From Calcarisporiella thermophila CBS 279.70 (lineage: Eukaryota; Fungi; Calcarisporiellomycota): a stretch of 64,000 bases of DNA. The stretch is from contig NW_027192194.1 of NCBI RefSeq assembly GCF_041956535.1, forward strand, positions 943,103 to 1,007,102, given 5' to 3'. The stretch's first letter is position 1; every line of letters begins with the position of its first letter. Under the pieces are notes generated by a model. The model searched no databases, had not been told where the DNA came from, and was given only the letters and a program-made list of their open reading frames with translations. Of this stretch, positions 24,815 through 35,996 are shown piece after piece. The position numbers and the translations under genes are program-made.

Positions 24815-25887
24815 TATATCTTGTATGAGGAAATGGTTGCAAATAATAAAGGAACGTGAGTAATATATGAAAAATAGGACTTTTGTGCCAATAAATAAAT
24901 GCAGTCACACTATTTTTTTGCGTCTACTATACGCGATTTGGCTCGTAAGTAGATTGAATCCATGATTCATATTAAAGATAATTCCAGAGTGAAGTAGAAA
25001 ATCAACTATTTTCACGAAAACGATGGCACTAAAGCCAGGAATCGTCCTTAAAAAGATAAATATGTACAGTTGTCTGCATTAAGTTACTCTTTTCTTCTCT
25101 GCTCTCCGGCACTCGCGTTACAACACGTATATTCAATCTATACAATGCAATTTTTCTGTCGTAATAGCGTTCAACAAATTCATACTTTCTAATAGGAATA
25201 TGTCCTGTATTTTGCACTATTAGCTTAGCAACGATCTATGAGATTTCGTCGCGACAACAGTAGATGTACTGCTTTTTTCACTCTCCGTGAAGGATAGGTT
25301 CTCGCACCTGAAGGGCATGACTAGACTTAATTCACCTTATACTGCGCTGAAATCTGAAGAGCCACCGGCCTTGATCTTTTGACTTCATTCGTGAGCTCTT
25401 CATTAAAAGTGATAAGTGGCTTCACTACCCACAATATCTGTTGCACTTCCAAGAAATCCCACTTCTATTCCCTTGACCAGCTTTGAGGCATAGCAGTATA
25501 GCCCTTCTAGTTCAGCCTGATTTATGGTGTATTCCGTTTAGCATTGATACAGATACCAGTTTTGTTAAGCTGGTCCTTGGCACAAGCCTTTTCGATACAA
25601 TTAAATTTTGTGTAGGCTAGAATAATTGTAAGAGCACAAGCTCTCCGTCCCTCGGACTTTTATTTCACCATTCACTGTCTTTTAGCTTCAAGCATCTTTA
25701 AATCATTCAGCAGTTCCTTGTTTTCCAAAACCCGATCTAGTAGCTTGAAGAACATTTGGGGACACTTTTGATTGTGCGTAAATTTTCGGCTCGCTGCTTT
25801 TCCGATCTCAAATATTAACTCAAATACTGCAAATTCCTCTGGGGTTCCTTGTTTTCAGAATTTTGTCCTTAATCAGAGGAAAAAAAG

Positions 25888-27264
25888 ATGAATCTCTCGT
25901 CATATAAAGACCCATACCCAAACCCTAGTGCTTCTGATGCTCGCCGCCCACCTATGCCTCAACCACGTCTTATAATTCCTACCCAAAATACGAACCCTAT
26001 TCATTCGCGACCAGGGATTGGTCCCATTTTCAAAGATATAGTCAATAGCCTCCCGAAGCCATCCCCCTCGCCCACACCAGGCAAGCAAGCAGCCAACCAT
26101 GGTGATAATGAGTCTTTGAATCAGAGAGATATTCTAGTGTCATCAAAACAAGAGTTGGAGGTGCTGCAGAAGCTTGGTGAAGGAGCAGCAAGTACGGTGC
26201 ATTTAGTAAGACATTTACCAAGCGGGGTGCTAATGGCAAAGAAGGTGATCTTGATTTCAAATTTAGAATATCTGGTTATGTAATCTCTGACCTTTATCTT
26301 AGTCAATTGTAGCTGAGTTTTTCGATACCGATGTCCGGCGACAAGTAATCCGCGAAGTGCAATTCTTGAGCCGATTCGAATCGCCCTATATTGTTTCTTA
26401 TTATGGAGCATATTATGATGATCCTGTGGACAGTATTGTTATTTGCACCGAATATTGCGCTGGCGGATCACTGGAAGCAATCTACAGACAGAGTGCAAAA
26501 CAAGGACTTTATATAAGTGAGGGTGTATTAGGCAAGATTGCTGAAGCGGTATGAATTAGAATTTTTTAAGGAGATCTAATTAGTTTACTTATTGTTATCT
26601 ATCATTCTATCCATATTCCAGGTGCTGAGCGGCCTGGATTATCTTCACGAGCAATGCAAAATCCATCGTGGTTAGTTTATTTAACATTTTGGCCAATTAT
26701 ACAAATTTCTCAATCATCTGGCTCAATTTTTTCTATTGTAGATATTAAACCATCCAATATAGTTGTTACGAAAAAAGGAGAGATCAAACTCTGTGATTTT
26801 GGGGTGAGTGGGGAACTTGTCAATTCAATAGCCGAGACATTTTTGGGAACAAGATATTACATGGCAGTAAGTTACCATTAGTTCAGTTGACTTCTGGCTT
26901 TCATCACTTGACTCTAACATATTAATTATAGCCAGAGCGTATCCGTAATGATCCATATTCTATCCAGTCCGATGTTTGGTCACTTGGCCTCACCCTCCTT
27001 GAGGTGGCTCAGATGAAACCCCTACATCCTCCGAATATGCCGATTTTCGAGCTCGTAACGTGGATTCAGGATGCGCCGATGCCTGAACTTCCAGGAGATC
27101 GTACTGAAGAAGCGCGTGATTTTGTACGCGTTTGTCTAACAAAAGATCCCAGGAGTCGTCCATCTCCAGGGCTATTATTGGGTCATCCTTGGGTTCGGAA
27201 ATGGGTGGATCAAGAGGTAGATTTAGCTCGATGGATTGCAGATGTATGGGGGTGGAACTATTAG
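25888..27264 (+). CDS. MAP kinase kinase (Mkk1/Ste7-type STE7 family)
   Basis: Docking-site-like [13 protein letters not shown]; [13 protein letters not shown], spliced [38 protein letters not shown] and SDVWSLG. Confidence 0.92.
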
Positions 27265-27954
27265 CAAGCCATTATTTCCTCTTTATTTAACATATCATTT
27301 GATTTCTTTATCCAAAGTATTACTTTTTTCTGTTTCTTATAAACTATTCATGCAATTGAAGGGGGGGTGATATTTCTCTGAAATCAACTTTTTTTGGTTC
27401 TCTCTTTTTATTTGTCTTCTTTTTACTTGTTTTAACCTTTTACTTTCTCTTCCTCCTTTCATCTCTCCAATGGAACTTTTTAAATAGTATTGGGGATTTG
27501 ATAGATCTGTTACTACACCATCCATGCTCTTGACTAATATCCGCTTCAACGATTACATTATGTGTTTAATTCTCTAGAAAATTTGTTTAAAAAATAAAGA
27601 AAAAAAAAACAAACAGTTCTACCATGAATAAATGAGTGTCGAATGAAATTGGCTATGTAAATGCATATGATTTAATTTGAAGGGAGACATTCTGATCAAA
27701 ATTTTGTTTTAGAAATTGCTTGATAAAATTGTACATAAGGCCCAATGTTCTATTCCAAAAATAAGTCCTATGAGAGTCTACAACAAGTTGTATATACTGT
27801 AAAAGTTGATCGGAAGGGTAAATACAATAACGGGAATACTAGTACAACACTATCATTTTGAATTTAAAATGTGGAGAATATGCATAATGAAAATAACAAA
27901 ACGCCCTGCGTTTAAAGAAATTATCTATTCCTCATTGGGAAAAAAGAAGCTAAT

Positions 27955-28806
27955 TTACTTCTGTTTGCGTTCACGACAGTTTTCCCGACGGCTTTTGCGA
28001 CTCGTCTTGTTGCCCTTGTTCTTTTTTGATTTCTTTTTGGGCTTTTCCGTCTCAGTCGAGGGCGTAGTGTTTGACTCTGGCTCGACCTGCTCGGCGGGGT
28101 CTGCTTGCTCGACAGGCGCTTGATCGGTGGGCTCAGTTTGTTCAGCGGGTTCAGCTTGTTCAGCGGGTTCTGCTTCCTCAGTCGACTCTGCCTGATCTTG
28201 CTGTGCGGGCACAGCTCCTTGTGATTGTGCTGCCTTAAGGTTCGCGGCAGGCTTAGATTGAGCAACAGGTCCAACTGCAGACTGCTTGGATTCCTTTGAT
28301 GCCTGAGCAGCTTGTTCAGCTTTTCCTCCCGAGCTCTCACCAGATCCATTAATGGCAATATCGGCGCAGTTCAAGTAGGTTTCCCCTGTGTTCTTTGCGA
28401 GCCATCTAAACCTCAGAGTGCATTTGTCACACTTGGCGTCGGAAGGAAGTGGAACAGTTGTGCTGAACATGCCGTTCGTATCAGCGCAGTTTGGCAGCGT
28501 TTTCAAAGTTTTGAAATCACCATCTTGCCCGTCGGTCGAGAGTTCCAGGAAGCAGGGGCCACCGTGGAAAGCAGTAATTTGCCACTGAACCGGGATTGCG
28601 CTGCCAGATTTATATGTTTTCTGGACACCACCGGAGGGGAGTCCACCACATGGGAAATTGGTATTTGGAGAACGAGCGAACGTAAAACCCTCTCCGCTGT
28701 CGCCAGGTTTAAGGCGGATAGGGGGATCGACCATGCGACCATGAGCAGCTACAAGGGTGATGAAGGAGAGTGCGGTGGAGACAAGGAAGGTAACTTTAGC
28801 GTGCAT
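27955..28806 (-). CDS. Secreted His-brace copper protein, lytic polysaccharide monooxygenase-like
   Basis: Intronless, 283 aa. Signal peptide ends ...LVAA, so the predicted mature N-terminus is His (HGRMVDPPIR). Contains FPCGG, a second His in FHGGPC, and CDKCTLRFRW...ETYLNCADI, then an AEPAEQ linker and a basic tail. Confidence 0.8.
   Translation of the reverse strand: MHAKVTFLVSTALSFITLVAAHGRMVDPPIRLKPGDSGEGFTFARSPNTNFPCGGLPSGGVQKTYKSGSAIPVQWQITAFHGGPCFLELSTDGQDGDFKTLKTLPNCADTNGMFSTTVPLPSDAKCDKCTLRFRWLAKNTGETYLNCADIAINGSGESSGGKAEQAAQASKESKQSAVGPVAQSKPAANLKAAQSQGAVPAQQDQAESTEEAEPAEQAEPAEQTEPTDQAPVEQADPAEQVEPESNTTPSTETEKPKKKSKKNKGNKTSRKSRRENCRERKQK
28080..28176 (-). repeat. Degenerate 18-bp coding repeat (AEPAEQ-like) in the LPMO linker
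   Basis: EAEPAEQAEPAEQTEPTDQAPVEQADPAEQVEP. Confidence 0.7.
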
Positions 28807-28978
28807 TGTGAAAAGTTAAAGGAGGATTGTAGGTTATGGATAAAGTCGGCCTGCGACGAGATAAGCTATAAGGGAATATACGGTAAAGATAGAGAAAATT
28901 TCCACCCGGGAAAGTCGGTGTAGTGTATGGAAGGGTTGGATGAGGAATGTGCTTATTAATTTACGAAGAGAATGAAGG

Positions 28979-28986
28979 TATTTATA
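28979..28986 (-). promoter_or_regulatory. Putative TATA box of the LPMO-like gene
   Basis: TATAAATA on the minus strand about 170 bp upstream of ATG 28806. Confidence 0.45.
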
Positions 28987-29613
28987 AAGTCTTGGTATTA
29001 TATCCCCTTAAGATTCAACATTAACACTTCCGAAGCAAGCTCATTTGTCCAAATTAATTAAAGGCAGTCACAATTTTCTTGGCCAGTCAAAAGTTTTATC
29101 GAGAAACAAAATGAAGCGACGGGTAGTAATAAACGAGAGACATTCGTTCCTTAGCGGGCACAGTCCCTTACCGACAGTCAACTAATGCTTCGCTTGGGCC
29201 TTAATTTCTTGGGTCGTATTATCGCCGTTGGTTCTTCCCAAAATGAGGTTTCTTCGGAGGTCGGACTATGGCCTTTTTCCACTGCTCACTCGGCTTAGCC
29301 TCCGCAGTAATAGCGGTGCAGAAGCAAATTAATAAAAGTAAGAATGGTTCTGTCTCAATAATGGCTCGATCCGAAGCACTTTTATGGTTGATTTCCAAGA
29401 GGAAAATAACGCAGCGGAGAAGAAAATATTTTCATCGATTTCAAGTACATTCAGAAATATTCCATTATGTGTCGTAATTAGTAAGACGAAATATTAGAAA
29501 GTCTTGAATACCATAGAGTTGAGTCTAAACCGAAAGTGAATATTGTAAAAAATAAAAAATACAGAAAAATGTGACATCTTATCAAAAAAGTTTAGGAAAT
29601 AAATCAGATAGAT

Positions 29614-30306
29614 TCATCCTTGCCACGATAACACAACTTCGCTCACTTTCCCATCCTCTGCATATAGGGCAGACACGCACCACTCAGCTAATCTCAATTC
29701 CTTCTCGGCAGCTATATTCCATACCAAACTCTTACAACGACCACCTTCCACTATTGCTAGGGCAAGCGGAACTGCCGAAGTTGTAAACGCGCTCGTTGCC
29801 ATTCTCGTAAATCCATGCTTATGCGCCACAAGTAGTCCAAGTGTGCCAGGAGATTCACTCGCAACTGTGCCAGCCAGTTCACGAATATGAGCAGGTCCAA
29901 TTGACCGGGTACGCGACCACTTACATTGGCCGACAACAGGTATTGAGGTGGGGGGATGTGTAAGTGTCCAACGTCCACGAAAATCTATCCCTCTGTCATT
30001 AGTACCTCCGGAACGACGCGAGTCAATTCCTAAACGGCGAAATGCCTCCACTACTTCAAATTCGAAATTCCGAGCGGCACGATATGTCAAGCTGCGCCGA
30101 TTTGACTCAGTAGAGTCACGGGTATCTGTCGTGGATGAAGGAGATGTTGAATCTGAAGAGAGTGCCGATTTGGAAAGCGAAGAGGTCTTTTTTGATGCTA
30201 TCGATTTGGAAGCAAAACTTCGAAATAATATGCTATACGCTGCGCACGTATAGGCAAGACGAAACTGCGGTAAAGCGTGTATTCTTGTTAGAGGTGATGG
30301 TATCAT
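29614..30306 (-). CDS. RRG7: Rrg7-like mitochondrial protein with a restriction-endonuclease-like (Mrr-type) fold
   Basis: Arg/Ser-rich presequence-like N-terminus; FEFEVVEAF, GGTNDRGIDFRGRW, VVGQCK, GPAHIRELAG and GFTRMA. Confidence 0.75.
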   Translation of the reverse strand: MIPSPLTRIHALPQFRLAYTCAAYSILFRSFASKSIASKKTSSLSKSALSSDSTSPSSTTDTRDSTESNRRSLTYRAARNFEFEVVEAFRRLGIDSRRSGGTNDRGIDFRGRWTLTHPPTSIPVVGQCKWSRTRSIGPAHIRELAGTVASESPGTLGLLVAHKHGFTRMATSAFTTSAVPLALAIVEGGRCKSLVWNIAAEKELRLAEWCVSALYAEDGKVSEVVLSWQG

Positions 30307-30422
30307 GTCGATCTATTGATCTTGGAAAATTGAGTGACTCGAAAAATAAATGAACTGTGCCACATCGATTGGAATAACGCGAAAAACACGAGACGCGATC
30401 AATCTTTCATGACCAAGATTCC

Positions 30423-32090
30423 ATGAAGAGGAAGAAAGCACGAACTAATAAAGGCAAGAAGGAACCTCAAGAGAATGCAGTAGTCTTTGGTAAATCGTGT
30501 CTATGTGGAGAACATGAATATGGATTTATGGTAAATTTAATCTGTACCTTGGCTGTCACCAGCGGAAATTTTATATTCAATATGCTCTCTGATTTCAGAT
30601 ATGCTGTGATTTTTGTGATGTTTGGTACCATGGTCATTGCGTTAAGGTTTTTCAATTTGTAAATTTTCGCATGTCTATTATTCTAATTTTGTATTATTAT
30701 TGAGTTTAGATATCGCGAAAATCTTCTTTGAAGATTGGTCGCTACCAGTGCCCGCGGTGTGCTGGGGATATAAAACCAGGAGAATGTGCAATATCGAAAC
30801 TAAATGATGATTGCTTACTCCACATTTTTTCTTTTATAACACCGTGCCCTCGAATTTTGGGAATTCTGGCGGGGGTATGCCGGAGATGGAGGAGACTGCT
30901 GAATCATCCATGTATTGTAAGTGTTTTTTTTTATAACACTTAAGCAGGGACATCATTAATGCATTGTTCATGAATATCTTTAGTGGAGAAATCTTGAAAT
31001 AGATATGATGCAAGTTCGATCTTTTCCGCTCCTTGCTGATACCTATCGTTCACGATTCTCCCATATACGTATTCTCGAAATCCACCTTCCTTCATTTTCA
31101 CCTAACACTAGTTATCTACTTACACCCTCTGACATATCTTCTCTTTCGACTTGTACTTCACTATATCATTTAAGTCTACGTGGTTGTACATTACAAGCGG
31201 TACATGCAGCAGCAGCGGCAATTCCATGGCTTCAAAGCCTTGAATGCACTGATCTGCATATTAGTGATCCTTATCGTGACCGCATTGTTTTTAGCCGATT
31301 CGCCGGGATGCTTTCTCTACGATCGTTGAACATTCACTCTACAGACACTTTCAAAGGCTCCTCATTCAGTTTACACGACGATTTTCCTCCTTTACTTGAA
31401 ACTCTGGCGCTGGACGGTTTTGTAATGTATGGAGTACATGAATGTGAATTTCTGACCAAGTTGCCAAAGCTAAAGAGCCTGTGTTTGGGACCGTGTGCAG
31501 AGTGGGAAAGGGAGTTGTTTGTGGATGGTGTCGGTGGATGTCCTCAACTTGAAGCTCTGACATTGCTTCATTTTAATGGAGATATAGAAGCAGGAGAACC
31601 TATAGTCGAGAAAGACCTTTCTATGGCTCTTCAAGAGTGTCTAGCTAAATTAGCCAACTTGCGCGAGCTATGGATCGGATTTTACCATATGCGCCAAGGC
31701 ATGTTAGAGGATTTGAATGTATGTCCAAACTTAGAAGTTTTCTGCCTGACGAATCGAGTTGCGGAAGTACGAGATGCTACGCATCGATTGCGTGTAGTGG
31801 ACCTAGTATGCAGATGCGTAACGTTAAAAGAATTTTGTTGGGACGTATGGGAAGATGTAGAAAAGGAAATGAAAGTGGTAGAAGAAAGAGGTGTAGATAT
31901 GGAAGTTGAAATGGACGAAGATAATGAAGAAGTCGAAGGAAAACCCGAGGAAAGTGTGAGGTTGGATATACTGATGGAGGATGTAATTGAAATGTTTAGC
32001 GCTCTGGCTCCTCCAGGGCTAAAAATCCGGATATCTGGCGAGAAATTAGAGTGGGTGTATTCTGCTTCTGGAAGAGAGCAATCATATTAA
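30423..32090 (+). CDS. Nuclear PHD finger-F-box-leucine-rich-repeat protein (489 aa)
   Basis: Exons 30423-30530, 30599-30646, 30710-30916, 30984-32090, all phase 0. NLS MKRKKARTNKGKK; PHD CLCGEHEYGFMICCDFCDVWYHGHCVK...YQCPRC; F-box LNDDCLLHIFSFI...AGVCRRWRRLLNHPCIW; LxxLxL repeats. Confidence 0.85.
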
Positions 32091-32289
32091 CCTTAATGTA
32101 TTCTTTCTATTTCAATTGCTTACTCTTTCATTTTGCACCTGTATACCCCTTTTTTATTGTATATATTATATTAAACTATAATAGTTGTTTATTCAAATTC
32201 TCCATCTTGGCCCACATTATATTTTAATATTAATTCAAAGCCACACATGTTTTTTAGTCTTGCTTCTTACAAGATCACGAAAATTAAGG

Positions 32290-32999
32290 ATGACACCCAC
32301 ACATAGGGATCGAATATTACGTACCTCTACATTTCTCTTAATTGCGTTTTACTTTATCAGTCTATGTCTTCTTGCAGTAAATATCCTCCTTTAATTACTT
32401 TTATAGACTTTAATTTCTGTGGATTTGTTTCTTTTTTCATCGCTTACTTTTTTTATTTTTGCATTAGACATCAGTAGACGGAGCAAATCCTATCTTCTTT
32501 TGTAAATGTGTTTGCGGGTCCAAATCCATCATTATACAGCTTTCAAATGACACGACAAGTAGTGCCAATCACTGCACTACTTGCACAAAAGCGTTTTGTG
32601 TTGCAAACTCTGAAGGCGCCTGTGAAGGCTTCGTAGATAGTAATTGTCCTTCTCAATCATCGGAGTTAAGTGCTACTTGTTTTGGTATGTACACTAGGGC
32701 ATTTTATAGTATACATTTCTCGGGTTACTAATAGTTTTTCATCTCATTTTCCTCTTTTCTTATTTCTCTTCGAATAGCACGAGATTCATATAAAGACGAA
32801 TTTATCGTGTGGTTGTTTCTCGTGACAACATTTGGGCTGCTTATTACTGCTTCAGTAAAACCATATGTTAGTCAATGGTGGAGGGTGTGTATCTACTAGA
32901 AATCTCTTTTAAAATATCTACTGCTAACCGGACTTATCATCACCGTTACTGTAGCAACGTCAGATAAGAAACACATATAGTTCGATGCCAAATGCATGA
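32290..32999 (+). CDS. Conserved-type fungal Cys-rich single-pass membrane protein (151 aa), function unknown
   Basis: Exons 32290-32376, 32468-32684, 32778-32884, 32955-32999, all GT-AG and in frame. Signal peptide, FFCKCVC...CTTCTKAFC...C...C...TCFARDSYKDE, then TM FIVWLFLVTTFGLLITASVKP. Not represented in the ORF track beyond exon 1. Confidence 0.85.
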
Positions 33000-33241
33000 T
33001 ATAATGTATAACTTGAAAATATATCATTACCTAATCTTGTACACGAAGAGTCTACTTGGAATACTTTTTCCTTTACTCTAACCTCTCCTTATAACTGTAT
33101 TTCCTTGCTCCTTTATCAACATGGTTATGATTTAATATCAGCTAGAAATTCGATTGTTGAGGGCGGGATACTTTTCTCATTAAATTTTACAATCCTTTGC
33201 ATCTATTGAATTCTCTCTCTTTTTATCGTCGCAGAGACAGA

Positions 33242-34222
33242 ATGGGTGAGTGGAGTATATCATTTGCATCATTAGAATATACCATTTGAAAGAGGATGGA
33301 TGGATGGATGTGTTGATATATGTGCATGCATATGTTTAATTGGAGAGAGGGGTTTGCGTGGTTTGATGTTGATGTCTAATTGGAAGATGTACTGTGCTCA
33401 TCATGATCGATGAATTGTTATAACTGGATTATATGGAGAAATGAAAAGGATCTTGGGATGCACAGTTTCTTTATACACTTTTCGCCCAAACAATACTTAA
33501 GCTTTCGATTCTAATTGTCTGATTCAATCACTTTTTAGGTATCAGTCGAGACTCCCTGCACAAGCGCTCGCATACGGGTGCCAAACGCGCCCAATTCCGC
33601 AAGAAGCGCAAGTATGAGCTTGGTCGCCAGGCAGCTAACACCAAGCTTGGTCCTAAGCGTATCCACGAGGTCCGTGTCCGTGGCGGCAACAAGAAGTTCC
33701 GTGCTCTTCGCCTCGATTCTGGAAATTTCTCGTGGGGTTCTGAGACTGTAACTCGCAAGGCTCGTATCATTGCTGTGGTCTATAATGCAAGCAACAACGA
33801 GTTGGTGCGTACGAACACCCTTGTAAAGGGCGCCGTCATCCAGGTTGATGCCACTCCTTTCCGTCAGTGGTACGAGTCTCACTATGGCATTCCCGTCGGA
33901 AAGAAGAAGGCCAAGGCTACAGTAAGTTACAAGGATCCTCATTTCAAGAAGTATATTGTATACAGGTTACTTATTTTCTTTTATGCTTATCCAGACCGAG
34001 GGCAAGGAGGATGAGCAAAAGCGCTCAAACCACGTTCAGCGTAAGTTGGAATCCCGCAAGCAGAACGCTAAAATCGACCAACTTCTCGATGACCAGTTCG
34101 CTACTGGGCGTCTGTACGCCATCATCTCGTCTCGCCCTGGACAGTCCGGCCGTGCTGATGGTTACATCCTTGAGGGTAAAGAACTCGAATTCTACATCAG
34201 GAAGATCAAGCAGAGGAAGTAA
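33242..34222 (+). CDS. RPS8: 40S ribosomal protein S8 (eS8)
   Basis: 4-nt first coding exon ATGG, intron 33246-33538. [18 protein letters not shown]...[15 protein letters not shown]...[22 protein letters not shown]. Confidence 0.97.
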
Positions 34223-34419
34223 AGAAATTTAGCTCTCTCCTCTTTTTCACAATAAAAAAGATAATTATTTTTGGCATATAAACGCTTCGCTCCTAAACTA
34301 TTTTAATTTTTTTTCTTTTTCAAAAAATGAGCAAAAGAGGATGGCACCTCAAACAAATTCCAAGTTTATTCTATAATAATAAATATTGAAAAAGCGATAA
34401 CGATAGCGGCACGTTCAAT

Positions 34420-35855
34420 CTATTTGAAATAATGGGCCTCTACAAAAGGCATCTTAACAATCTGGGCCTTTTGGAGTCGATTGCGCACCTTAACTTGCAA
34501 TTCGGTGCCAGATTTATGAAGCCCATTGGCCACATACCCCATTGCAATGTTTTTCTTGAGAGAGGGCGATGGACCTCCACTAGTGATCTTGCCGACAGCT
34601 TTGCCTTCCAAGTCCAGAATTTCAGCACCTTCACGGGCAGGAGCACCTGTTACTACCAAGCCTACACGCCGCCTGGACACTCCTCCCTTGATCTGGGGAA
34701 GAATCTTTTCAGCACCAAGGAAGCCTCCTTCTTCCCTTCGACGCTTTCCAATTGTCCAGGTGAGGCCGCCCTCAATTGGTGTAGTGGTATCGTCCAGATC
34801 ATGACCGTACAAGCAGAGTCCTGCTTCAAGACGCAGAGAGTCGCGCGCACCCAAACCAGCGAGTTCCACTCCAGGTTGGGCAAGGAGTTGTTCCGTGAGA
34901 GAGACGGCGTCAGAGGTTGGGACGGATATCTCGAAGCCATCTTCACCGGTGTAGCCTGACCGAGCAACGTGACATTCTACCCCTTTAATATTCAAAATGC
35001 GCGAGGACATAAATTTGAGGTCAGAGAGGCTATGCCCCAGGAGGTTTTCAAGAGCTTGTGCTGCCTTAGGACCTAGTGGGAAATGGGGTATCAGTATCCG
35101 AATTGGTTTTTTCAAGGATCCCACATTTTTTGGCTACCCTGAATGGCGATAAGTGCATGGTCATCAATGATGCTTAGATCTACATCTCCACCCTTATTCT
35201 GGAACTCGCTTAAATGCTTCCTGATATGAGCGAGATCTTTGTCGGCACACGCCGCATTAGATACGATATAAAACGAGTTGTCATGTTTACAGATCACTGT
35301 GTCGTCAATAATGCCTCCATTTTCGTTTGTAAAAAGAGAAAGCGTGGCGGTAAAGGCGGGTAGGTTGACAAGATCGGCGACAACAAGAGATTCGAGGAAC
35401 TTAGTGCGGTCTTTTCCAGTGAGTCTATTATCGAAGTGAGACCAGTTTAACATGTGAAGGTAGACAACAAGAATGAAAAAAAAAACCTCGTCTGAAGCAT
35501 ATGCGAGACATCAAATATAGAAGCATTCTCACGAGTATGCAAATGCGATTGCAGCACACCAAGGTTTGCGTATTGGACTGGCATGGAATAACCTGCAAAT
35601 GGAACCATTTTACCTCCATGTTTCAAGTGGAAGTCATAAAGAGGGGTTTTTTTGAGCTAACGTGCAGGAGCAATGAGCATTAACTTGGTCTCGAATTTCA
35701 AGAACAGAAATACAACTTCAATAACATACTTCTTCATCCGAAGTAGACGCATAACCACGCCAGCCCGCTCGCACTGGTACAGTGACGGCCGAATTGAAGG
35801 CGACTTTGCGAAGGCACTTTGTGTAGATGGAGAAGGATCGCTGGGAAAGCATCAT
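34420..35855 (-). CDS. GCV1: Glycine cleavage system T protein (aminomethyltransferase), mitochondrial
   Basis: Presequence [17 protein letters not shown]; [44 protein letters not shown] and NIAMGYV. Confidence 0.95.
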
Positions 35856-35996
35856 TGTTGTTTTCTCGAAACCGAATGTGGGAAAAAATGAAAGGGGTAA
35901 TCAAAGTTATAGCTCTGGCTGCGGTAAGCACAGAATTTAAAGTCCGAAAATACATGTTCTTCGCGTGTCTTTGCTAGTCATCTAATGATCAAGTAG

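Noticed and set aside
28915-28990. GTCGGTGTAGTGTATGG, tRNA A-box-like start
   Set aside because: No B box (GTTCRA) and no cloverleaf.
32556-32600. Two adjacent hairpins (CAAGTAGTGC/GCACTACTTG and CACAAAA/TTTTGTG) suggesting an ncRNA
   Set aside because: They fall inside exon 2 of the Cys-rich membrane protein gene.
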